Positions 9,381 to 16,730 of a stretch of DNA of 63,581 nucleotides are shown here, piece after piece. Source of the DNA: an uncultured Alphaproteobacteria bacterium (GTDB lineage: Bacteria; Pseudomonadota; Alphaproteobacteria; Rickettsiales; UBA1997); contig CAIRMX010000042.1 in NCBI GenBank assembly GCA_903879805.1, positions 1 to 63,581 on the forward strand. Reading direction: 5' to 3'. Position 1 is the stretch's first letter. Each line of letters opens with the position of its first letter. Made by a program: the position numbers and the translations under genes. The notes beneath the pieces were generated by a model that ran no database searches, was not told the DNA's origin, and saw nothing but the letters and a program-made list of their open reading frames with translations.

Positions 9381-12300
9381 TTGCTACAGCTAAGGAGTTC
9401 TTATCACTCAAAATTGTTCTTATATGCTAAAAAAAAGAACGGTTTCACGCTACTAGAGGCTGCTGTTGTTCTCGTGATAATAGGAGTAATCGCTGCCGGA
9501 GTCTTTGCCGGCACCAAGCTTGTAAAAAAATTTAAAATTGCTGCAGCGCAAAATCTAACCTTATCTTCACCAGTACATGGAATTACTGATTGGATATTAT
9601 GGTTAGAAAGTAGTATGGATCAGAGTTTCAACGAGTCAGAAAGTAATAACAGCTCTTCACTCACCGCTTGGTATGATTTAAAGAACAGTGCTGCCAAAAA
9701 TAATGCCATTCAATCCTCTTCGCCAAACAGTCCGATCTATTCCAACAGTATTAATTATATCCAAGCCGTAAAATTCGATGGTACTAACTCTTATCTAGAT
9801 GTTGACGGTTCAGGGCTAAATAATACCGACTACACAATCATCATTCTCGAACAAAGAGATAGCGATAAAAACGGCAATTATTTTATCGGCGACGTCTCCT
9901 CAGCCAACGATTCAATTACTAACCGTAATCTGACTTTGGGCTATAGCGCGGACGGCAATATTCGTCATTCACAATCTAGCGACAATGTCTATACCGCCGC
10001 AGTTTCTCCCTATTCAGACTCTTTGGAAAAACCAAGAATCTTCACTTTTACTCGCAACAAATTAACCGGAAAAAAAATCTATGTTAACGGCATACTTGCC
10101 GCAACCAGCTCTGACACCAACAACCTTTCCAACTTATCCTCTATTAAAATTGGCAAAGATTATAATGGCCAGATTGGTGAAATAGTAATGTTTGCCCGTA
10201 ACCTCGAAGATGAAGAAAGAAAATCGATTGAAGATTATTTAGGCAAAAAATGGAACAGCCCAATCCTAAGATCAGTAGCTGGCGGCTCTTGCACCAATGG
10301 CATGATTACTCTTACCGGATGCACCGCAACCTGCAGCATTCCAAGTGGCACCGCCGGAATATTATCTACTTCAGTTTCTGATGGATCAGGCTCTCTAACC
10401 TGCAATACTTCCAATCACTTTATCGGATCTCTTTCTTACACTTGCTCTAATAGTATACTAACCTTTAGCGGCGCCTCTTCATGTGCGTGCGACAGCGGTT
10501 ATTATTTGCAAAGTGGTAGCTGTGTGCCAAACACCTGCTCAGTTCCAACGACTACAGGAATATCTGCCACTTCTGTGGCTGATGGTTCGGGTTCTCTAAC
10601 CTGCGACACCTCAGCACATTTCACCGGATCACTTCCTTACACTTGCTCTAGTACTAATTTAACACTTACGGGTGCCTCATCTTGTGCATGTGCCTCAGGC
10701 TATTATTTACAAGGCAGTAGTTGCCTTCCAAATGGTTGCAGCGTTAGCATCACAGGTGCTAGCACTACGTCAGTCTCCCTAGCTTCTGGAACATTTAGTT
10801 GCGACCAATCCGGCTATTCAGGAACCATCACTTACACCTGTGGCTCTGGAACTTTTGATACACTTTATGCCTGCGCCAGCGGCAGCTCGACCCCGCAATG
10901 CAGCGGCGGCACGATTGATACCAGCACGGTAAGCGGATCCGTGATTCACAAATTTACATCTTCCGGCTCCCTAACCTGCTCTTCATCAAGATCAGCGCAA
11001 GTATTAGTAGTTGGTGGTGGCGCCTCTGGCGGTGCTGCAATAGCTCAAGGTGGCGGTGGTGGTGGTGGCGGTGGTGGCGTTGTTTATAGCTCATCTTATC
11101 CAGTTGGCACCTCAGCAATTTCAGTAACTGTTGGCGCCGGTGGTACTTCTGTGGCTACAAGAAGTAACGGAAATAACGGTGCTAATTCAGTATTTGGAAC
11201 CATGACTGCTCTTGGCGGTGGCTACGGAGGAACTTGGAATGGTTCCACCACCACAAATGGTAATACTGGCGGATCTGGTGGTGGCGGAGGTGGCGCGTTT
11301 GGCGCATCTGGTGGATCTACAACCCAAACTGCTCAAACTAATGGCACCAGCTTTTATGGTAGCGCCGGTGGAACACCTATCAGCTCCAATCCTTACAATG
11401 CTGCCGGTGGCGGTGGTGCGGGTGGCGCGGGTGGAAATTCCAACGCGACAAATGGTGGAATTGGAGGAAATGGTATCTCTCACTCAATTAGCGGAAATGC
11501 TGTAACTTACGCAGCTGGCGGCGGCGGAAGTGGTGGTAACAGCAACAGAGCTGGTGGCGCTGGTGGGTCTTCCGGCCTTGGTGGCGCGGGTGGTACTGCT
11601 TACAGCACATCGAATGCTGGTGGCACCGGATCTTCGGCTGGCGGCTCTGCCGGTAATGGTGGTGGCGGATCTAACAATAATTCTTCGGGTGCTGGAAGTA
11701 ACGGGATAGTAATCGTACGTTACATTGGCAGCTCAGTATCTTGTCCAAGTGGCTATTCATTATCTGGCTCAAATTGCATAAAATCATGCAACGTCTCAGT
11801 TGCGGGTGTCTCAACTTCATCCGTCACTGCGGGAAGCGGCTCTCTATCTTGCGATGCCGCAGGATATACTGGCTCGGTAAGCTATACCTGCCCTTCTTCA
11901 GGAACATTAAGCACCACCGGTTCATGCGCTTGCGCTACCGGATATACCGGCTCTAGCTGTAGTAGCTGTGCCAGCGGATATTCTATGGTCAGCGGCACCT
12001 GCCAAGTCAGCTGCTCTTCAGGATCTATAGTTGGTGTCAATACCACCACAGTCGCTGCTGGAACCGGTTCCTTGCCTTGCAACGCTACCAACTTCAACAG
12101 CGCAACTTCAATTAATTATTCATGCTCGGGCGGCAGTTTTTCTGTGACATCAGGCACCTGTAATAGCTGCGCTTCGGGATACACTTTTGCCTCAAATCAA
12201 TGCTACCAAAATTGCACTATTAGTGGCATTAACGGAATTACCGCAGGCACCCCAGTAAATCACGGCAGTACTTCAATTACCTGTAACGCTTCAGGATATG

Positions 12301-13175
12301 TCGGAACCGTCAATTATACCTGTAACAATGCTTCATTTGCCCAAACTAGTGGATCATGCACGCTTTCTCCAGCTTGCACCGGCGGCACTATCGATACCTC
12401 TTCGGTTCCGAGATCAACCATTCATAGATTTACCTCAGCTGGAACTTTGACTTGTACAGCCACAAAAACTGGTGTGCAAATTCTGGTTGTAGGTGGTGGC
12501 GGTGGCGGCGGTAGCCATAGCTCAACACTTGGTGGTGGTGGCGCTGGCGGCGGCGTTGTTTCTGTTGTAAGCGCCTCTTTAAATGCAGCATCTTATTCGA
12601 TCACTATTGGTAATGGCGGCAATGGCGGTGGCGGTGGCTGCGGTAGTGCTGGTGGAAGTGGTATTAATAGCACATTATCTGGCAGCGGCATGTCAATCAC
12701 TGCCTATGGTGGCGGTGGTGGCGGCGGATGTAATCAAGGCAATGGTTCTAATGGTGGCTCAGTTGGTGGACATTCTTGTAACTCAAGCGGAGGAAGCGCT
12801 TCACAAGGTGCTGCTAGCGGAACTGGCGGCTCAGTTACTCTTTACGGAAATATCAGCGCCTCAACTGCACTATGCTCTAGCGGCAATGGTACGGCTGGTG
12901 GTGGTGGCGCTGGCGGAGCAAGTTCTGGACCTTCCGGCAATACTGCAGGCGCCGGTGGCGCCGGATTAAGCAATTTAATCACCGGAATCTCTCAAGTTTA
13001 TGGCTCGGGTGGCGGTGGACAAGGCACTAGCGGGGCTGCGGGGGGCACGAATGCCGGAACGGGAAAAAGTGGAGGCGGCCGAACAGGAGGTGGAGCGGGT
13101 ACTGATAACTTTGGCGGCGGTGGCGGTGGCGGCGGTGGCGTGGGAGGCTCAGGCGTGGTAATTATTCGCTACTAA
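9381..13175 (+). CDS. Giant prepilin-leader protein, paralog 1: LamG domain, then two copies of a supermodule made of a four-Cys repeat array plus a glycine-rich domain
   Basis: 1264 aa. Class III signal KKKNG|FTLLEAAVVLVIIGVIAAGVFAG. LamG-like signature at about 9633-10266 (TAWYDL, VKFDGTNSYLDV, DYTIIILE, IYVNGIL, GQIGEIVMFARNLEDEERKSIEDYLGKKW). Gly-rich domains lie at about 10899-11722 and 12375-13172, each ending G(I/V)VI(V/I)RY. The start is uncertain: TTG at 9381 or TTG at 9414. AAGGAG lies at 9392-9397. Confidence 0.85.
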   Translation: MLQLRSSYHSKLFLYAKKKNGFTLLEAAVVLVIIGVIAAGVFAGTKLVKKFKIAAAQNLTLSSPVHGITDWILWLESSMDQSFNESESNNSSSLTAWYDLKNSAAKNNAIQSSSPNSPIYSNSINYIQAVKFDGTNSYLDVDGSGLNNTDYTIIILEQRDSDKNGNYFIGDVSSANDSITNRNLTLGYSADGNIRHSQSSDNVYTAAVSPYSDSLEKPRIFTFTRNKLTGKKIYVNGILAATSSDTNNLSNLSSIKIGKDYNGQIGEIVMFARNLEDEERKSIEDYLGKKWNSPILRSVAGGSCTNGMITLTGCTATCSIPSGTAGILSTSVSDGSGSLTCNTSNHFIGSLSYTCSNSILTFSGASSCACDSGYYLQSGSCVPNTCSVPTTTGISATSVADGSGSLTCDTSAHFTGSLPYTCSSTNLTLTGASSCACASGYYLQGSSCLPNGCSVSITGASTTSVSLASGTFSCDQSGYSGTITYTCGSGTFDTLYACASGSSTPQCSGGTIDTSTVSGSVIHKFTSSGSLTCSSSRSAQVLVVGGGASGGAAIAQGGGGGGGGGGVVYSSSYPVGTSAISVTVGAGGTSVATRSNGNNGANSVFGTMTALGGGYGGTWNGSTTTNGNTGGSGGGGGGAFGASGGSTTQTAQTNGTSFYGSAGGTPISSNPYNAAGGGGAGGAGGNSNATNGGIGGNGISHSISGNAVTYAAGGGGSGGNSNRAGGAGGSSGLGGAGGTAYSTSNAGGTGSSAGGSAGNGGGGSNNNSSGAGSNGIVIVRYIGSSVSCPSGYSLSGSNCIKSCNVSVAGVSTSSVTAGSGSLSCDAAGYTGSVSYTCPSSGTLSTTGSCACATGYTGSSCSSCASGYSMVSGTCQVSCSSGSIVGVNTTTVAAGTGSLPCNATNFNSATSINYSCSGGSFSVTSGTCNSCASGYTFASNQCYQNCTISGINGITAGTPVNHGSTSITCNASGYVGTVNYTCNNASFAQTSGSCTLSPACTGGTIDTSSVPRSTIHRFTSAGTLTCTATKTGVQILVVGGGGGGGSHSSTLGGGGAGGGVVSVVSASLNAASYSITIGNGGNGGGGGCGSAGGSGINSTLSGSGMSITAYGGGGGGGCNQGNGSNGGSVGGHSCNSSGGSASQGAASGTGGSVTLYGNISASTALCSSGNGTAGGGGAGGASSGPSGNTAGAGGAGLSNLITGISQVYGSGGGGQGTSGAAGGTNAGTGKSGGGRTGGGAGTDNFGGGGGGGGGVGGSGVVIIRY

Positions 13176-13197
13176 TTTTTAGGAATCGGTGTAATTA

Positions 13198-13229
13198 AAA
13201 AATGCTCTTAAGACATTGAGAGCATTTTT
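13198..13229 (+). terminator. Putative bidirectional hairpin between convergent paralog 1 and nadA
   Basis: aaaaatgctct (13198-13208) pairs with agagcattttt (13219-13229). A-run on the 5' side and T-run on the 3' side. The right arm lies inside the nadA 3' codons. The stem is AT-rich and therefore weak. Confidence 0.45.
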
Positions 13230-14164
13230 CGCAAAGGCGCTTCAGCTCTTATCCGCAAGCTTTCCTCCATTACCAACTCTCCACCACACCCAGATTTATC
13301 ACCATATTTCATCACCAAATAAAGCTTCTCCAACGTGTTCAACTCCATGTATGGACAAGTGTTGCACAATGTACATCCCGCCCGATCCACAAAGGGACAA
13401 TCGTAAAATTTACCAGTCGGATTCAAGCGCTTCATCTGATGGATAATATGCGGCTCCGTCAAAACGATGAATTCGCCACCTTGATTTTCTTCAGCAAATT
13501 GCAGCAAAGATGAAGTTGAGCCAATGTGATGTGCGTGTGCAAGCAAAGCTTCCGGGCATTCCGGATGCGCAATAACTTTAGCAGTTGGATGATTTACCAC
13601 CAACTTCACCAATTCTTTCTCACTAAATTGTTCGTGAACGATGCAACTGCCATTCCACAAAATCATTTTGCGACCAGTCTCTTTCATCAAATAGCGACCC
13701 AAATGTTGGTCGGGCGCAAAAATAATTTCCTGATCCGCCGGGATTTGCTCGATGATTTTTTTCGCGTTAGTTGAAGTAACAATAATATCCGACAAAGCCT
13801 TGATATCAGCGGAGCAATTGATGTAGGTCACGACAATTGCTTGTGGATGTTTTTTGCGAAATTCAGCAAATGGAATTGGCTGACAAGAATCTTCTAAACT
13901 GCATCCAGCTTTTAAATCTGGGATTAAAACTTTCTTTGAAGGCGACAGAATTTTTGCAACTTCGGCCATAAATTTCACACCGCAAAAAACGATTGTGTCA
14001 GCATCAGTTGACGCAGCCTTGCGCGAGAGATCAAGCGAGTCACCAACGAAATCTGCGATATCTTGGATTTCTCCATCCTGATAATAATGCGCCAAAATCA
14101 CGGCGTTTTGCTCGCGTTTCAAACGCAGGATTTCTTCTTCTAAATTTGTAGGTATTTCGTACAT
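13208..14164 (-). CDS. nadA: Quinolinate synthase
   Basis: 318 aa. NadA-type three-repeat layout with [39 protein letters not shown] and C-terminal Cys residues. Confidence 0.93.
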   Translation of the reverse strand: MYEIPTNLEEEILRLKREQNAVILAHYYQDGEIQDIADFVGDSLDLSRKAASTDADTIVFCGVKFMAEVAKILSPSKKVLIPDLKAGCSLEDSCQPIPFAEFRKKHPQAIVVTYINCSADIKALSDIIVTSTNAKKIIEQIPADQEIIFAPDQHLGRYLMKETGRKMILWNGSCIVHEQFSEKELVKLVVNHPTAKVIAHPECPEALLAHAHHIGSTSSLLQFAEENQGGEFIVLTEPHIIHQMKRLNPTGKFYDCPFVDRAGCTLCNTCPYMELNTLEKLYLVMKYGDKSGCGGELVMEESLRIRAEAPLRKMLSMS

Positions 14165-14176
14165 ACTTATTTTTAT

Positions 14177-15307
14177 TTAAAGGCCAACAATTCCAAAAAC
14201 TTCATTTCGGGTTTTCACAGCAATCTCACTAGCCTGATTTTTTCCATCATCCAAAACCTGACGGATGTAGCTCGGATCTTGCTTAAATCGCGCCAAATTT
14301 TCTTGAATCGGACGTAATTTTTCGATCAAACTTTCAGCTAAATCATTTTTAAATTTGCCGTTTCCTGCTGTTTCATATTCTTTAGCAATATCTTCTGGAA
14401 GCCTACCTGACGCCGCTGAAAAAATATTCAACAAATTGTAAATTTCCGGTCTCGCTTCATCAAAATTAATTGTGGCAAGCGAATCAGTTTTTGCCTTCTT
14501 AACTTTTTTCAAAATCACATCTGCTGAGTCTTCCAAATTGATGCGCGACAAATCTGATTCATCAGACTTACTCATTTTTTTAGCGCCATCTTGCAGCGAC
14601 ATAATACGCTTCACCGCCTTTAAAATCATAGGCTCAGGCAATTTAAAATATTCGGTGCTGTAGCGACGATTAAACGCGCCCGCAAGATCACGAGTTAATT
14701 CAAGATGTTGTTTTTGATCTTCGCCAACTGGCACTAAATCTGCCTTGTAAAGCAGAATGTCGGATGCCATTAGAACCGGGTAGGAGTAAAGCCCGAGGTT
14801 GGCTTTTTTAGAATCATGATAAAATAAAGACATTTGATCTCCTTCTGGATCTTCAGAATCCTCTAATATTTTTCTAAATACTTTTTCACTTTTTACTTCT
14901 CCTCCTCCATCCACAAGGAACGACGTGTATTCCTTTTGCTCTTCGTTCGTTAATACTTTTTCTTTAGGAGTAATTTTATCCTTAAACTGTGTCATCCGAT
15001 TCAACCATCCCATCGGCGTAATTGTTCCCAAAACCCACGCCAATTCTGCGTGCTGGGTCACTTCACTTTGCACAAAAATTGTCGATTTTTTTGGGTCTAA
15101 ACCGCAAGCCAGATAAACCGCCGTTGCGTCGATCACATTTTTTTGTAGCTCTTTTGGATCTTGCGGCAAAGTAATCGCGTGCAAATTCATCACGCCAAAA
15201 ATGCAGCGGTGCGTTGCTTGCAAGTCAATCCAGTTGGCGATTGAGCCGAGGTAATTTCCAAGATGTAAATTTCCTGTGGGCTGAATTCCTGAGAGAACTG
15301 TTTTCAT
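14177..15307 (-). CDS. trpS: Tryptophan--tRNA ligase with a lineage-specific insertion of about 49 aa
   Basis: 376 aa. HIGH-type motif GIQPTGNLHLGNYLG, YPVLMASDILLY, VPVGEDQKQHLELTRD and KMSKS (KKMSKSD). Extra residues lie between FKDK and NLGLYSYP (about 14810-14974). Confidence 0.93.
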   Translation of the reverse strand: MKTVLSGIQPTGNLHLGNYLGSIANWIDLQATHRCIFGVMNLHAITLPQDPKELQKNVIDATAVYLACGLDPKKSTIFVQSEVTQHAELAWVLGTITPMGWLNRMTQFKDKITPKEKVLTNEEQKEYTSFLVDGGGEVKSEKVFRKILEDSEDPEGDQMSLFYHDSKKANLGLYSYPVLMASDILLYKADLVPVGEDQKQHLELTRDLAGAFNRRYSTEYFKLPEPMILKAVKRIMSLQDGAKKMSKSDESDLSRINLEDSADVILKKVKKAKTDSLATINFDEARPEIYNLLNIFSAASGRLPEDIAKEYETAGNGKFKNDLAESLIEKLRPIQENLARFKQDPSYIRQVLDDGKNQASEIAVKTRNEVFGIVGL

Positions 15308-15346
15308 GAAATTGAGTTTAAGATTTTTTAATTTAAGCGCGTTGAC

Positions 15347-15442
15347 TGGACCCCGCAGTAAATGCGGGGTGACAAACTAAGGTGCGGAGTAAATCCCTCC
15401 TCGGTGTCACCCCGCATTTACTGCGGGGTCGAGTCAACGCGC
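15347..15442. repeat. Palindromic element, family 1 (RPE-like), architecture A
   Basis: gcgcgttgactggaccccgcagtaaatgcggggtgacaaac ... ctcggtgtcaccccgcatttactgcggggtcgagtcaacgcgc. It consists of two inverted copies of the module GGTGTCACCCCG-loop-CGGGGTCCAGTC. It lies between the divergent trpS and rnpB genes. Confidence 0.85.
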
Positions 15443-15515
15443 TCAGATTTTATTTATACTTTCTAGCAAATCTTAAATTGCTTTGAAAGGCGCGGCACCT
15501 TAATTTCGCGATCTT

Positions 15516-15916
15516 GTAAGGCAAGTGGATGGTCGCTGGTTTTAACTTGGTAACAAGTTTGAAAACTAGAGGAAAGTCCGGACTCTAGCGAGGAAAAATA
15601 TCAGTTAACGGCTGACCAGAATTTTGAATAAACTAGAAATTCTGAGGGAAAGTGTCACAGAGAATATACCGCTAAGCCTTCGGGCCAGTAAGGGTGAAAA
15701 CGCGAGGTAAAGGCTCACGCGCTTGCATGGTAACATGCATTTGGAAAAACCCTATTTAGAGCAAGACCAAATAGGAGTGGCAAGTTCTTCAATGAACAGA
15801 TGTCCTCGCCATCGTCACTCGGGTAGGTTGCTTGAGGTTAGCGGCGACGCTAATCCTAGATGAATGACTGTCGTTTGAGAAATCAGATACAAAATCCGGC
15901 TTATAGCTTGCCTTAC
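15516..15916 (+). ncRNA. rnpB: RNase P RNA, bacterial type A
   Basis: Universally conserved blocks in the correct order: GAGGAAAGUCCGG, ACAGAGA, GUAAGGGUGAAA, AGCAAGACCAAAUAGG, GGGUAGGUUGCUUGAG, CCUAGAUGAAUGACUGUC, ACAAAAUCCGGCUUAUAG. P1 pairing: gtaaggcaag (15516-15525) with cttgccttac (15907-15916). Ends are accurate to about +/-5 nt. Confidence 0.93.
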
Positions 15917-15938
15917 TTACAACTAAAAAATTTTACGC

Positions 15939-16730
15939 ATGCTTTCAACCAATCAAATCCGCACAAAATTTCTCGATTATTTCGCAGCCAATGGTCACGA
16001 GATTGTCGCATCTTCATCTTTAGTGCCGCATAACGACCCGACTTTGATGTTCACCAATGCGGGCATGAATCAGTTTAAAAATTATTTCACCGGCGTTGAA
16101 GTGCCAAAAGTTAAACGCGCCGTAACTTCACAAAAATGTGTACGCGCTGGTGGCAAACATAATGATCTCGACAATGTTGGTTTCACCGCTCGTCACCATA
16201 CTTTTTTTGAAATGTTGGGCAATTTTTCTTTCGGCGATTATTTCAAAGAAGAAGCCATTTTTTACGCTTGGAATTTTTTAACCAAAGAGCTCGAGATCAA
16301 CAAAGACAAGCTTTTGGTCACTGTTTATCACAATGATGACGTGGCTGCCGATTTCTGGAAAAAGATCGCCGGACTGCCCCAAGAAAAAATCATCCGCATC
16401 GCAACTGACGACAATTTTTGGTCAATGGGCGATGTAGGACCATGCGGCCCTTGCTCAGAAATTTTTTATGACCACGGCGATAAAATTTTCGGCGATGTGC
16501 CCGGTAGCAAAGACCAAGATGGCGATCGTTTTATTGAAATTTGGAATTTGGTTTTCATGCAATTTGAAAAACACAAAGATGGCAAAATGATCGAATTGCC
16601 AAAACCCTGCATCGACACCGGCATGGGTTTGGAGCGCTTAACATCTGTGTTGCAAGGAGTTCACGATAATTACGAAACTGATAGCTTCAGAAAGTTAATT
16701 TCTGAAATTCGTGCTTTGGGCGTTGCTTGA
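15939..16730 (+). CDS. alaS: Alanine--tRNA ligase, N-terminal catalytic-core fragment only (263 of about 880 aa). Either a split gene or a truncated remnant.
   Basis: Colinear with the AlaRS N-terminus: [74 protein letters not shown], and motif 3 DTGMGLERL. The ORF stops about 20 aa after motif 3. No continuation exists in any frame; the next 1.4 kb is a convergent ankyrin gene. Confidence 0.8.
   Translation: MLSTNQIRTKFLDYFAANGHEIVASSSLVPHNDPTLMFTNAGMNQFKNYFTGVEVPKVKRAVTSQKCVRAGGKHNDLDNVGFTARHHTFFEMLGNFSFGDYFKEEAIFYAWNFLTKELEINKDKLLVTVYHNDDVAADFWKKIAGLPQEKIIRIATDDNFWSMGDVGPCGPCSEIFYDHGDKIFGDVPGSKDQDGDRFIEIWNLVFMQFEKHKDGKMIELPKPCIDTGMGLERLTSVLQGVHDNYETDSFRKLISEIRALGVA

Noticed and set aside
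10984-11080. AQVLVVGGGASGGAAIAQGGGG looks like an FAD/NAD(P) Rossmann GxGxxG dinucleotide-binding motif. The same is true in the other paralogs (VQVLVVAGGGGGSGG, KILVVAGGGGGGG).
   Set aside because: It sits in the middle of a Cys-rich, presumably extracellular protein. It is followed by hundreds of Gly/Ser/Asn/Thr-rich residues with no oxidoreductase motifs, and it recurs as the opening strand of every glycine-rich domain.
11187-11505. ORFs on both strands and frames inside the glycine-rich regions: 11187-11483, 11212-11505, 12583-12969, 35902-36849, 42092-42320, 42825-43730.
   Set aside because: They are by-products of GGN-rich coding sequence. The reverse and shifted frames of GGT/GGC runs are stop-free and give Pro/Ala/Val/Leu-rich pseudo-proteins. 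All of them are nested in much longer ORFs that carry recognisable domains.
10899-13172. Glycine-rich domains as RTX-type calcium-binding repeats, or as PE_PGRS-like proteins.
   Set aside because: No GGxGxD nonapeptide periodicity is present and Asp is scarce. There is no PE domain, and the repeats are irregular.
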